Below, piece by piece: positions 1-9,519 of a stretch of DNA of 64,000 nt. Positions within the stretch are counted from its first letter, which is position 1, and every line of letters starts with the position of its first letter. Location: the NCBI GenBank assembly GCA_963650805.1, contig CAVJMG010000008.1, forward strand, positions 8,199 through 72,198. The letters run 5' to 3'. Position numbers and translations under genes: made by a program. The notes under the pieces are model-generated. The model was given only the letters and a program-made list of their open reading frames with translations, was not told where the DNA came from and did no database searches. Source of the stretch: an uncultured Bacteroidales bacterium (lineage in GTDB: Bacteria > Bacillota_I > Bacilli_A > RFN20 > CAG-826).

Positions 1-369
1 TGCTTAAATGCGTTATCTATGGCGTTGGAGATAAAGCTTATAGAAACGAAGATGGGGTTTATATTTTCCCCATAACCGCTTTGAAAGATTGAAGACTCCA
101 GGGCTTGATGGTTTTGGGCGTTATCGCTCCTTTAGCGTTTGTTATTTGGCATGTGGCTTTCCCATCTTTTAAGAGGGCTTCTGCGATAGGTTTTTTGAAA
201 ATTTAAAAGATGTTTCAAGGCGATAAGCGAACATTTTCTGAAAACGAAGAGCAAGGCTTTTATTGGTAGAGGCATAGTAAAAAACGTTTTTTATTTAACG
301 GGGGGAGTTGTTACATATCACTTGACAATTGCGGGGGGGTAAAATTTAGAAAATCTTGAGGAGGATTTT

Positions 370-771
370 ATGAAACATTGTGTCTCTTGTGGCGCTGGAA
401 TCGCCGATGACGCGAGGACTTGCCCAAAATGCGGGCATTTTGTTGAGATGACTAAGAAAGGCAAGACGTGGGCCAACGTATTGTGCGTGTTTACTCTGAT
501 TTTTGGAATTTTGAGCACTTGCATGGGCGGGTTATGCTGGATTCCGCTTCTTGGCGTGGCCATTGCTTGTCCAGCTTTGGCCCTTGCCGTAATCGGCTTG
601 GGCGGCTCAATTGTCTGCCGCGTATTTTCATCGAAAAAAGGCGTTTGCGTTACTGGCATCGTCTTTAGCGCGATTGGATTGATCCCATCGTTAATTCGAG
701 TGATTATGCTCATTGCTTACGCCGGAATCGCCGCTACTAACCCTGGGGCAAGTAGCTCCATTATGATGTGA
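370..771 (+). CDS. Zinc-ribbon (CxxC..CxxC) N-terminal domain fused to a multi-pass membrane protein, function unknown
   Basis: ORF with ATG at 370 preceded by a GAGGAGG RBS at 358-364. The N-terminus has CxxC...CPKC; the rest has several hydrophobic spans. A TTGACA hexamer lies at 322-327. Confidence 0.45.
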   Translation: MKHCVSCGAGIADDARTCPKCGHFVEMTKKGKTWANVLCVFTLIFGILSTCMGGLCWIPLLGVAIACPALALAVIGLGGSIVCRVFSSKKGVCVTGIVFSAIGLIPSLIRVIMLIAYAGIAATNPGASSSIMM

Positions 772-898
772 TTAGATAAATCGCTTTAATCAAGGGCCTT
801 AATTGGTCCTTTTTCTTTTGGCTATAAATTGAGAATTTTACAGGTCTCCTGATTCTGCGCGAGACACCAAAGCGGCTCCAAACGGGGCCGCTTTTTCG

Positions 899-1501
899 TC
901 AATCGAAGTCCTTTTTCCTATACGTCATTATCGGCAATACCCTCTTTCTGAGACTGCTGAGCGAAAGGCATCCGTTCGATATTTTCTTCAGGGTCTTCGT
1001 CCTGCTGTTCAGCCCTTCCGCGACGGAGTTCGAGAAGCGCTTGCCCTCGTCGTTCGCGGCCATGCCGTTCGTTATCTCCACGTGCCAACGCATGCAGGTG
1101 GCAGCCGCCTTTCGGAGCGTCGGCGAGGCCCGTGCCGTTCAGCTTCGCGGCGATGCTCTCCACGAATTTCTACGCCTCCGTCCAAGCCGAGTATTCCCTC
1201 CATGTGTAGAGCGCTTGGAGGCAAAGCATCAGCACGCCGAAAGCCTCATCGAGACGCCGTCGGACCTGTGGGTGTAATAGCATTCCGGTATCTGCCGCTT
1301 TTTCATCGTGAACGCCCTCCACCTCGACTTCATGAAGGAATAATCGAAGTCGCCTTTGAGCTGGGTGGCCATCGTCTCCGCCCGGATCCTCTTGGCCGCG
1401 TCAACGAACAACTTTTCGCTGCTAAATACAAAACGTATCTCCCAAATGAAGAAGAATTGAAACATAAAATCGAAAGACGAAAAATGTTCTTTTGCTTTCA
1501 A
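899..1501 (-). pseudogene. Degenerate transposase remnant (ISL3-family-like C-terminus), split over several frames
   Basis: Minus-strand fragments 899..1093, 918..1163 and 1229..1501. Fragment 899..1093 ends with SNSVAEGLNSRTKTLKKISNGCLSLSSLRKRVL, matching the conserved ISL3-type C-terminal pattern (N..EG.N.K.K.LK....G.......R.R.L). Frame breaks and no intact ORF. Confidence 0.35.
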
Positions 1502-1838
1502 AGAGCGAAGGAAGCGGATTTGTTTAACTGTGGATGGTCTAATTGAAACCGCGAGATTAAGGGAATGCCGCTGTCGTAGCTATTTACTTATTTGTCCGCG
1601 TTTTACATAGAACATAATGGCTCTTTTCTGAAAGGGTGCATGCTGCGCTGATTAGAATCGTAACGATAGTGGCCATTACCATAAATTACTACCTAAAAAG
1701 ACTAGCAGAAAAACAATAAGAAAATATTTAGAATTACACTCTTTAAGATATGGAAAAATCAATTTGTGCATCGTGCACTAGATAACAAAAACTGAAAGCG
1801 CTATCATATTTCCACATTTCTTGGAGGAAATAAAACCA

Positions 1839-3164
1839 ATGTACGAATCTGACGTCGAAAACACAGTTGAAACTGCCGAAACCCCGGCGGAAGAACCCAA
1901 AGAAGAAGTCGTAGAGCAGAAGGAACAAACCGCTGCTGACGAAGGGTACGTTGTCTTGCGCCACATTGATAAGGTCTATGACAACAATGTTCAAGCTGTT
2001 TTTGATTTCAATCTCAATATCAAAAAACACGAATTCATCGTCTTCGTCGGGCCCTCTGGCTGCGGCAAATCTACGACGCTTCGTATGATCGCCGGTTTGG
2101 AAGACATTACTCGTGGCGAGCTTTATATCGACGGCGAGTACTCTAATGACCGCACTCCGAAAGACCGCGACATCGCCATGGTCTTCCAGTCTTATGCACT
2201 TTATCCGCATATGACCGTCTACAACAATATGGCCTTTGGCTTGAAGATTCGCCATCTTCCCCGCGCCGAGATCGATCGTCGCGTCCGCGAAGCCGCTAAA
2301 ACACTTCAGATTACCGAATATCTTGATCGCAAGCCTAAGGCCCTCTCCGGCGGCCAGCGTCAGCGTGTCGCCCTCGGCCGCGCCATCGTCAGGAACGCCA
2401 AAGTCTTCTTGATGGACGAACCTCTTTCCAACCTCGACGCCAAACTCCGCGTTCAGATGCGCTCGGAAATCATCAAGCTCCACGAAGCCCTTAACGCCAC
2501 AACCATCTATGTAACCCATGACCAGACCGAAGCTATGACCATGGCTTCCCGCATCGTCGTTATGAAGCTTGGCCGCGTGCAGCAAGTCGGGTCCCCGATT
2601 GAAATCTACAACAAGCCCGCGAACCTCTTCGTCGCCACTTTCATCGGCTCTCCGGCCATGAACGTTATGAAAGCCACCTACAATAACGGGGCTATTGAGC
2701 TTCTTGGCGACCACAAGATTCCCCTTTCTAAGGAAATCATCGCCATCCATGACGCCCACTACCAGGAAGAAGTGGAGAAAGGCGAAGCTGAACTCGCCGC
2801 TCTCCGCGAGAAGCAGGCCGGCCTTAAAGCCCCTGACGCCGCAATCGAAAAAGAAATCGCCGAACTTTCCGAAAGAGTTCAGAAGGATCGCGCCGCCCTT
2901 ACCGGCCCCCACGACATCATCTTCGGCATCCGCCCTGAAGACATCATCGAAGGAAAAGGCGAAGGCGAGGAATACAATATCCGAGTTGCCGTCGCCGAGT
3001 TGCTTGGCCATGAATATTATGTCCACACCGACTTCGGTGGCATTGACCTCATCGCCAAGATCCCTCTCACCCACGAAATCAAAATCGGCGATGAGATGGG
3101 CATCTCCTTCCGTGTTGAAAAGGCCCACATCTTCGACGCTTGGACCGAAGCTCGCATTTATTGA
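1839..3164 (+). CDS. ABC transporter ATP-binding protein, MalK/UgpC/MsmX-like sugar-importer ATPase with C-terminal regulatory domain
   Basis: Walker [11 protein letters not shown]-loop, signature [14 protein letters not shown], Walker [13 protein letters not shown]-loop, and a long C-terminal TOBE-like extension. ATG 1839 lies 10 nt after GGAGG (1824-1828); the track start at 1821 is TTG. Confidence 0.8.
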   Translation: MYESDVENTVETAETPAEEPKEEVVEQKEQTAADEGYVVLRHIDKVYDNNVQAVFDFNLNIKKHEFIVFVGPSGCGKSTTLRMIAGLEDITRGELYIDGEYSNDRTPKDRDIAMVFQSYALYPHMTVYNNMAFGLKIRHLPRAEIDRRVREAAKTLQITEYLDRKPKALSGGQRQRVALGRAIVRNAKVFLMDEPLSNLDAKLRVQMRSEIIKLHEALNATTIYVTHDQTEAMTMASRIVVMKLGRVQQVGSPIEIYNKPANLFVATFIGSPAMNVMKATYNNGAIELLGDHKIPLSKEIIAIHDAHYQEEVEKGEAELAALREKQAGLKAPDAAIEKEIAELSERVQKDRAALTGPHDIIFGIRPEDIIEGKGEGEEYNIRVAVAELLGHEYYVHTDFGGIDLIAKIPLTHEIKIGDEMGISFRVEKAHIFDAWTEARIY

Positions 3165-3179
3165 TTCGATGGTTCAATC

Positions 3180-3205
3180 GCCCTCTCCGAAAGGAGGGGG
3201 CTTTT
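3180..3205 (+). terminator. Rho-independent terminator after the MalK-like gene
   Basis: GC-rich hairpin cgccctctcc-gaaa-ggaggggg followed by a T-run. Confidence 0.5.
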
Positions 3206-3228
3206 GATTCGCCACAAAGCGGCCTTAA

Positions 3229-3450
3229 TTGCCTTATAATCAGGCCATGCCTGAATTCGGTAGCTACAAAAAGAAAAGCGACGAAAGCAAAAAGAAATCC
3301 GGCGAAGTCGTCAGCGCGTATTCCGAAGAAGGGAAGAAACGCCAGAAAAAAGCCGAATCTTTGAACCGGCTCTATTGGGGGATTGGTCTTGCTCTGGGCT
3401 TGCTGGGCCTTGCCCTTTTGATTTATTTCGTCGTGAAGAACCCTTTTTGA
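3229..3450 (+). CDS. Small membrane protein (73 aa): Lys-rich N-terminus, C-terminal TM helix
   Basis: ORF only; weak RBS. The hydrophobic C-terminus LYWGIGLALGLLGLALLIYFVV is consistent with a tail-anchored peptide. Confidence 0.25.
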   Translation: MPYNQAMPEFGSYKKKSDESKKKSGEVVSAYSEEGKKRQKKAESLNRLYWGIGLALGLLGLALLIYFVVKNPF

Positions 3451-3502
3451 TTCTCTTAAATCCCTTATCCTCCTTTATTCAATGAGTAGAGGAGGTTTTT
3501 TC

Positions 3503-3730
3503 ATGGAAGAGAAAACGAAATCGGCGAAGCTGGTAAAGCTTCTTTGCCTTGTCTTGGCATTGGCGTTGGTCCTCGTAGGCGCTATAAGGGCTTTTAGGGG
3601 CGATTCTTTATCCTTGGCCGAAGATGGCTTGATTGGGTTAGGAATTGGCGTTCTAGGGTACTCTATTTCGCTTATTTTGAGCCAAAAGGAAGAAACGGGG
3701 GAAGAAAAAATGGGCGATGAGGGGCTTTGA
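3503..3730 (+). CDS. Small membrane protein (~75 aa), two TM segments
   Basis: ATG 3503 is preceded by AGAGGAGG; hydrophobic LVKLLCLVLALALVLVGA and GLIGLGIGVLGYSISLIL. Convergent with the 3735..4997 gene. Confidence 0.35.
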   Translation: MEEKTKSAKLVKLLCLVLALALVLVGAIRAFRGDSLSLAEDGLIGLGIGVLGYSISLILSQKEETGEEKMGDEGL

Positions 3731-3734
3731 CCCC

Positions 3735-4997
3735 TTAATCGCCCTCATTCCCGCCGTCTTTTTTAAACGGCTTGGAAGATTTATATCCGTATTTGCGGTC
3801 TCCGTAACCCGACCTAGGCTTTTTGTAGCCTCCGCCGTGGAAGGAATTCCCTCCCTCTTTGGAATAGGTCTTCTTATACGGCTTGTCGGCATAGGAACGT
3901 TCTTTCTTGAAGTAGGGCTTGTCGCCATAATCCCTGGGCTTGCGCTCGTAGGATCCGCCTTCTTTGGAATAGGGTTTATCCCCGTCGCGGTGGAAGTCCT
4001 TTTTGTAAGGTTTATCGCCGAAGGAACGTTCTTTCTTGAAGTAAGGCCTGTCTCCGTAGGAGCGGTCCTTCTTGAAGTAGGACTTGTCGCCATAGCTCTT
4101 TGGTTTGCGCTCATAGGACCCGGAATCGTTTGAATAGGGTTTGTCTCCGTATTCCCTCGGTTTCCTTTGGTAGGATCCTTCTTTTGAATAAGGGCGATCC
4201 CCATCGCGGTGGAAGTCTTTTTTGTAGGGCCTATCCCCATAGGACCTTTCCTTTTTGAAGTAGGGCTTGTCACCGTAGGGGCGCTCTTTCTTGAAGTAGG
4301 GCTTGTCACCATAATTCCTGGGTTTGCGTTCGTAGGATCCGCCTTCCTGGGAATCGGCTTTCTCTCCGTCTTTTTGGAAGTCCCGCTGACCGTATTTTTT
4401 TCTTTGGTAGTCGGCGTTTCTTTCGTAGGAGCGTTCTTTCCTCTTCCAAGTGGGGTGGTGGTATCCCTCTTCGGAAGCCGGTTCCTCCCCGTTTTCCTTC
4501 GCGGCTTCTTTGGCTTTGATTTCCGCGGTTCTTTCCTCGACGATCGCGCGTTTCCTCTTTTGCATCTCAATGAACTCGGGGAGATCGTCTTCCGACATCA
4601 CCCAATAATCAATCGAGCTAAGAAGCGCGGCCGTGACGCCCATGCCTTTCTTCAGCTTCCCAGAGAAGGAGCCGTCGTGGATTTGGTAGACGCCGCAAGC
4701 GGGGCTTTTGTCCTTCAAGATGGCGATGTGGATGTTGAGGAGTTTGCATAGCCTAAGGGCTTTCTCGGCCCCGAGGTTGTATTGTTTGGTCACATTGGTG
4801 CCGTCTTTTGAATACACCCGCCCCGCTTTGATCTCGCTGGGGAGCCTTGGGGTGGGAAGCCCGCCTTCGACTTCGGGGCAGAAGGGGACCAAATCGAAGT
4901 AGCGGTTCAGTTCTTCGACCAAGGGGTTTTTGCAATCTTTGCCGTCGTAGCGGCAATGCTCGCCGAGCAGGCAAGCGGAAATGAGGATCTTGTCCAT
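3735..4997 (-). CDS. DUF523/TudS-like (putative [4Fe-4S] thiouracil-desulfurase-family) N-terminal domain fused to a ~270-aa basic Tyr/Lys/Arg/Gly/Asp-rich tandem-repeat C-terminal tail
   Basis: N-terminus MDKILISACLLGEHCRYDG...FCPEV...SPACG has the three conserved Cys spacing of DUF523. The C-terminal 270 aa are imperfect 12-aa repeats (S/P)YGD(K/R)PYFKKER arranged in about 2.5 higher-order ~66-aa units. Confidence 0.6.
   Translation of the reverse strand: MDKILISACLLGEHCRYDGKDCKNPLVEELNRYFDLVPFCPEVEGGLPTPRLPSEIKAGRVYSKDGTNVTKQYNLGAEKALRLCKLLNIHIAILKDKSPACGVYQIHDGSFSGKLKKGMGVTAALLSSIDYWVMSEDDLPEFIEMQKRKRAIVEERTAEIKAKEAAKENGEEPASEEGYHHPTWKRKERSYERNADYQRKKYGQRDFQKDGEKADSQEGGSYERKPRNYGDKPYFKKERPYGDKPYFKKERSYGDRPYKKDFHRDGDRPYSKEGSYQRKPREYGDKPYSNDSGSYERKPKSYGDKSYFKKDRSYGDRPYFKKERSFGDKPYKKDFHRDGDKPYSKEGGSYERKPRDYGDKPYFKKERSYADKPYKKTYSKEGGNSFHGGGYKKPRSGYGDRKYGYKSSKPFKKDGGNEGD
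3770..4460. repeat. In-frame tandem DNA repeats (36-nt unit, ~200-nt higher-order unit) encoding the repeat tail of the 3735..4997 CDS
   Basis: Recurring gggcttgtcgccata / ccgtaggagcg / ttcttgaagtag blocks; the plus-strand ORFs 3717..4133 and 4209..4751 are antisense artefacts of this repeat. Confidence 0.7.
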
Positions 4998-5037
4998 AAC
5001 TGCGATAGTCTAATCTTAATTCGGCCAAGAAGGAAGG

Positions 5038-5060
5038 AAAAAAGCCCCCGAAGGGGCTTG
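5038..5060 (-). terminator. Rho-independent terminator after the minus-strand lipoprotein operon (downstream of the 5078 stop)
   Basis: On the minus strand: agcccc-ttcg-ggggct followed by TTTTTT. Confidence 0.5.
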
Positions 5061-5077
5061 AATCGTCTTAACTTCGC

Positions 5078-6298
5078 TCAATCGCTTTCCAAGGGGTAAT
5101 CGTCGGGATTGAGGCGGGCGCCGGAATATTCTTCGTATTTGTCGACGGGGTCGAAGTCGAAGGTGTTCTCGGTGGTGATCATCATCTGCATCTCGCCATC
5201 GATGTAGTAGCCGATGACTTTCTCCACCTGGCAATGGACGATTTTGCCATTGCTGAAGGCCATTCCGCCGGAAACGACGTATTCATAGCCAACCGTGTAG
5301 CCAGAAGAAGTCTGGTTATTGACCATGTAGGCGTAGGCGAAGGTCTGGCCGAGCTGAGAGGCATCGAGCTGGCTCGGATCGATCTCGGAGATGTAGTAGT
5401 AGTCGCCAACGTAGCTCGTGGAGAGGTTGGCGAGGCGCTGCATCTGCTTCCCGGCTTTCAAATAGCCGTAAAGCTGGTTGATGTAGCCCATGAAGTATGA
5501 GGAGAAATCGATGTTGAGCGCGGTTTCGGGCTTATCTTGGGTAAGGGCGGTCACCGCTTTGTAATCGATGTTCGAAGACTCGTAATTGGGGTTTCTGGTG
5601 TTGTAGGTGACGACTTGATAGAAATTGTTGTTTTCATCAAGGGTATCTTGTTCCGTCGACCACAGATTCTCCGCGTTGAGCTCCTCGGCGGTGTGCCCGG
5701 CCTTCTTCTGATCCTCGGTGAGGTCGTCGTCGGTCGCGTAATAATCCGGGGAGTAGTTTTTGAGGATGGTGATGTCGGTGTAGCGATAAGCCTCGAGATG
5801 GGTTTTCCCGGTGAAGACCCTATCGGAGGCGTTGGCGTACCAAAGCTGGGTCTCGATGTCGGCCTGGACGTGGCCGACGAGGGGGCAATACCTCTGCACC
5901 TTGTCTTGGTATTCCTTGACGATTTGGGTGTCGCTGAGGTCAGCCATCAAAGTCCAGTGGGCGTAAAGGGAAGAAGGGGCAGCGCTATTGAAGTAGAAGG
6001 GGTTGCCTCCCTCTCTTTCGGTGTACCAGCCCTGGAAGACGCGGTTAGCGGAGACGGGCTCTATGGGCTCCTCCACGAAACCGGCCGCGTTGGGGCTAAG
6101 CTCTTTGTAGACGGTGAGATCAGTCGAAGAGAGGTTCAAATAAAGCTTCACCTTATTGGCGATGACCTCCGAAGAGGATGAGGAGGATGAGGGCGATGAA
6201 GAGGAAGCCTCGCTGCTATCTTGCCCTCCCCCCTGGGTGCAGGAGGAAAGGAGCAAAGCGCCGGAAAGCAGCAATATCGGAGTGAGCTTCTTGGCCAT
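5078..6298 (-). CDS. Lipoprotein, function unknown (signal peptide with LLSSC lipobox, then poly-Ser linker)
   Basis: MAKKLTPILLLSGALLLSSCTQGG then S-rich run. The start overlaps the stop of the upstream gene (TAATG at 6296-6300), indicating an operon. Confidence 0.6.
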   Translation of the reverse strand: MAKKLTPILLLSGALLLSSCTQGGGQDSSEASSSSPSSSSSSSEVIANKVKLYLNLSSTDLTVYKELSPNAAGFVEEPIEPVSANRVFQGWYTEREGGNPFYFNSAAPSSLYAHWTLMADLSDTQIVKEYQDKVQRYCPLVGHVQADIETQLWYANASDRVFTGKTHLEAYRYTDITILKNYSPDYYATDDDLTEDQKKAGHTAEELNAENLWSTEQDTLDENNNFYQVVTYNTRNPNYESSNIDYKAVTALTQDKPETALNIDFSSYFMGYINQLYGYLKAGKQMQRLANLSTSYVGDYYYISEIDPSQLDASQLGQTFAYAYMVNNQTSSGYTVGYEYVVSGGMAFSNGKIVHCQVEKVIGYYIDGEMQMMITTENTFDFDPVDKYEEYSGARLNPDDYPLESD

Positions 6299-9200
6299 TA
6301 TAAGGACTCCTTGGTGCCGTATTTGACGTTGACGGTGGTCGAGCCCATCAAATCGCTATCGAAGTACTTCCGGATGGCGTCTTTGGAATAGGCGAAGCTT
6401 ACGGTTTGAGAAGCGGTCCAGCCATTGAAGAGCCTCCTGCCGAGATCGGTGGCCGATTCGGGGATGGAGATGGAAGCGAACTTGCAGTTGCTGAAGGCGT
6501 ATTCGCCGATCTTCTTGAGCCCGTCGTTGAGGGTCAAAGAGGCGAGTTTGGCGTTCTTGCTGGAGAAATAGGCGAAGGCGTAGGGGTCAATGGTCCTGAC
6601 GGAGCTAGGCAAGGTGATGGAAGTGATTTCGCTGCCGGTGGCGAAGCCGTAAACGCGGGTCTTGCTCGCGTCCATGATCATCTGGTCGACGACGACGTAG
6701 GCGCTGGAATTGCTCTTGAATTCGGGAACGAGGCTGCGCTGCTCGGAGAAGGCACCTTCCCCTAGAGACGTGAGGGTGCTAGGCAAGGCGATGGTCGAGG
6801 AGATGCTGCAGTTGCGGAAAGCCCTGTCCCCAATGCTGACCAACCCTTCGTTGAGGGTGATGCTCCCTAGCGTGAAGATGGAGGAGAATGCTTCCTCGCC
6901 GAGGGTCTTCAAAGAGCTTGGCAAGGTGATGGCGTCGTACTTCTTGCTGCCATCAACGGTGGTGGAAGCGATTTCGACGAAGGTGAAGGCGTTATCGCCG
7001 ATGCTCTCAAGTCCTTCGGAGAAGGTGGAAGAAGAGAGGGCGAGGTTAGCGAAATAGAAGGCTTCCTTATCGATGGTCTTGACCGAGGAAGGTAGATTTA
7101 GCACCGTTCCGGAACCGTATTTGAAGGACTGGAGGAAGGCCCTTTCGTCGATCTTCTCTAGCCCTTCGGGGAGAGAAAGCCCCGTGGCGTTCTTCAAATA
7201 ATAGCAAGCGTAGGGGAGGATTTCCTTCGTGCCGGAATGGATGTTGATCGTCCCGTTTTTGGCCGGGGAGACGTAATAGAGCTTTTCATAGCCCGTGGAA
7301 TACAAAGCCATGTCGTCGATGATGAAGCTGGCTTTGGCTTTCTCGGAGAGAGTCATGTTGGTGATGGAGGCGGTACCGAAGGGGGCGCTGCCGAAGTCGG
7401 TGAGGCCGGCTCCAAAGGTGACGGAGTTAAGCGCGTTGGTGCCGTTGGTGGCGAAGGCGCTTGAGCCCAATGACTTCAAAGAATCAGGCAAAACAACGGA
7501 GGTCAAAGCCGCGCTGCCGGTGGTGAGGCCCTCATCGTCGCTGCTGGGGAAGTAATAGAAAGCCATCGAACCGATCGTCTCGATGCCCTCGCCCAATGTG
7601 AGCGAGGTGAGGGACGTGCCCATGAAGGCTTCCCTTTCGATCGTCTTGACGTTTCCGGGGATAACCAATTTGGAAATGCTCTTGCAATCGTAGAAAGCGG
7701 CCTCGCCGATGGTGGTGAGCCCTTTGCCGAAGCTGACTCCGGTGATCGCGCAGTTCATGAAGGCCTCATCGCCAAGAGCCGTCACCGAATCGGGGATTGC
7801 GACGGTTCCTTTGAACATGGAGTTGTAATGGAAGGCGCGCGGCTTGATTTCGAGTAGGGTTTCGGGCAAAACGATGGAAGTGACGAACTTCACGTCGGAG
7901 ATGCTGTGGCTCTCTAAGGACGTGATTCCAGAAGCGAAAGAGAGGGTATCCTCGCTGGTCTTAACGGACCAGTTGCCGGGGACGTAGTAGACTTTGGTCC
8001 CATCGGCGGAATAAAGGATGTCGTTAACGACTTTGAAATGGCTGTTTTCTCCGCCGAATTTGATGGTTTCGATCCCGTAATCTTGGAAGAAGACGGCGTC
8101 GCCGAAGCTCTCCAAAGAGGCGGGCAAGACGACCGTTTCAAGCGCGTTGAGGCGGGAGAAGCAATAGTCGCCGAGGACCTTGATGGAGTTGGGCAGGACC
8201 ATATCGCCCTTCAAATAGACGCCGGAGAAGGCCGAATCCCCGATCTCCTCAAGCCCTTCCGACCAAGTGATCTTCATGGTGACGGTGGAATCGAACATCA
8301 AGAAGGCCTTTTCCCCGATTTTCTTTAAAGAGGAGGGGAAGCTGAGGCTAGAAAGGGCGAGCTGCTCATAGAAGGCGCAGGCGCCGATTTCTACGAGTCC
8401 TTCGGGGAAGGTCACGGTGCTAAGCGTCGCGTCTGCGGCCACGAAGGAAGAGGTGTAGAAAGCGTAGGGCCCGACCTTGGTGACGCCGCTAGGAATGGCA
8501 TAGGTGGAGAGGGTGCGCGATTTGGTGGCGGCGAAATAAACGAGCTCGGTCCCGTCTTTGGTGAAGATGATGTTGTCTTCGGCTTTGTAGGCGGGGTTAG
8601 CGCTGTCGACGGTCACGGTGCTGATCTTGTAGGCGCCAAGGAAGGCCTTGGGGTTGATTTTCGTGACGCTTGCCGGAATGCTCACGGATTGGAGGTAGAT
8701 GCGGCTTTGGAAGGCCATTTCGCCGATTTCGGTGACGGCCTTGCCGTCGATTGAAGAGGGAATCGCGGCAACGACGGTGTCGATGTCGAGGAGCCCGTTG
8801 ATGCAGATGGTCCCGTCATCCTTGATGGTGAACTTATAGTTGAAGGCCTGGACGGTCCATTTGGCGTAGATTCTGTTGCCGGCGATGTCGCTTCCGACGT
8901 AGCCGGAGAAGGAATATTCGGTCCCGTCGGAATCCTTGTAATACCAGCCGGAGAAAACCTCGCCTTCTTTTTCGGGGATGGGGAGAGTGATCCTGTCGCC
9001 GACGAAAGTCTCGACGGTGTCGCTAGTTCCCGCGGGGAGAGTGCCTCCGTTGGGGTCGAGGGTGAGGGTGACTTTCTGGTCTTCGTTGACCTTATATTTG
9101 GCGACGAGGGTGACGTCGTCCCAGATTTGGGTGTGCCAAGAGAAGGCGACGCTATCGCCAGCGGCGTACCAGCCAAGGAAGGTGCTATTGGCTTTTGTGG

Positions 9201-9474
9201 GGGTTTCCGTTGGCTTCTTCGCCCAACGCCCCTCCTGGACCTTCTGAGAAGCCATGGTCGTGGAACCATCGCTTAAAGTGCCTCCGTTGAGGTCGAAGGT
9301 CACCGTGTGGTAGACGACGGCCTCGGAGGAAGAGGAAGATTCGCTGGTGGAAGTTTGGCTTTCGGAGCTCGCCTGCTCAGAAGAAGACGAACTCGCGGAG
9401 TTCCCGCCTTGGTTGCAGGAAGCCAAGGCCATGGCCAAGGAGGCGGAGAGGATCAATAGGGATTTCTTTTTCAT
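6298..9474 (-). CDS. Large surface lipoprotein with N-terminal Listeria-Bacteroides (Flg_new) repeat and many BspA-type leucine-rich repeats
   Basis: Lipobox LASCNQGG plus poly-Ser. VYHTVTFDLNGGTL...FLGWY is the Flg_new pattern. More than 15 repeats of ~23 aa of the form (I/V)P.SV..IG..AF..C..L..V. Confidence 0.7.
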   Translation of the reverse strand: MKKKSLLILSASLAMALASCNQGGNSASSSSSEQASSESQTSTSESSSSSEAVVYHTVTFDLNGGTLSDGSTTMASQKVQEGRWAKKPTETPTKANSTFLGWYAAGDSVAFSWHTQIWDDVTLVAKYKVNEDQKVTLTLDPNGGTLPAGTSDTVETFVGDRITLPIPEKEGEVFSGWYYKDSDGTEYSFSGYVGSDIAGNRIYAKWTVQAFNYKFTIKDDGTICINGLLDIDTVVAAIPSSIDGKAVTEIGEMAFQSRIYLQSVSIPASVTKINPKAFLGAYKISTVTVDSANPAYKAEDNIIFTKDGTELVYFAATKSRTLSTYAIPSGVTKVGPYAFYTSSFVAADATLSTVTFPEGLVEIGACAFYEQLALSSLSFPSSLKKIGEKAFLMFDSTVTMKITWSEGLEEIGDSAFSGVYLKGDMVLPNSIKVLGDYCFSRLNALETVVLPASLESFGDAVFFQDYGIETIKFGGENSHFKVVNDILYSADGTKVYYVPGNWSVKTSEDTLSFASGITSLESHSISDVKFVTSIVLPETLLEIKPRAFHYNSMFKGTVAIPDSVTALGDEAFMNCAITGVSFGKGLTTIGEAAFYDCKSISKLVIPGNVKTIEREAFMGTSLTSLTLGEGIETIGSMAFYYFPSSDDEGLTTGSAALTSVVLPDSLKSLGSSAFATNGTNALNSVTFGAGLTDFGSAPFGTASITNMTLSEKAKASFIIDDMALYSTGYEKLYYVSPAKNGTINIHSGTKEILPYACYYLKNATGLSLPEGLEKIDERAFLQSFKYGSGTVLNLPSSVKTIDKEAFYFANLALSSSTFSEGLESIGDNAFTFVEIASTTVDGSKKYDAITLPSSLKTLGEEAFSSIFTLGSITLNEGLVSIGDRAFRNCSISSTIALPSTLTSLGEGAFSEQRSLVPEFKSNSSAYVVVDQMIMDASKTRVYGFATGSEITSITLPSSVRTIDPYAFAYFSSKNAKLASLTLNDGLKKIGEYAFSNCKFASISIPESATDLGRRLFNGWTASQTVSFAYSKDAIRKYFDSDLMGSTTVNVKYGTKESL

Positions 9475-9519
9475 TTGTTTTTCCTTTTGTATTCGTTTGA
9501 TTTAAACGCTTTGATGGGT

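Noticed and set aside
318-713. 131-aa minus-strand ORF overlapping the 370..771 zinc-ribbon membrane protein gene
   Set aside because: The plus-strand ORF has a proper RBS (GAGGAGG) and coherent zinc-ribbon plus TM architecture. The minus-strand ORF has neither.
1041-1546. Plus-strand ORFs 1041..1277 and 1082..1546 (Arg/Pro-rich)
   Set aside because: Composition-driven ORFs with no RBS or motifs, overlapping the antisense of a transposase remnant. The region is better explained as a decayed IS.
3717-4751. Plus-strand ORFs 3717..4133 and 4209..4751 (138 and 180 aa) and a superficially CRISPR-like regular repeat pattern
   Set aside because: They lie antisense to the in-frame protein repeat of the 3735..4997 gene. 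The repeats are imperfect, contiguous (no unique spacers) and maintain a reading frame on the minus strand, so they are coding tandem repeats, not a CRISPR array or separate genes.
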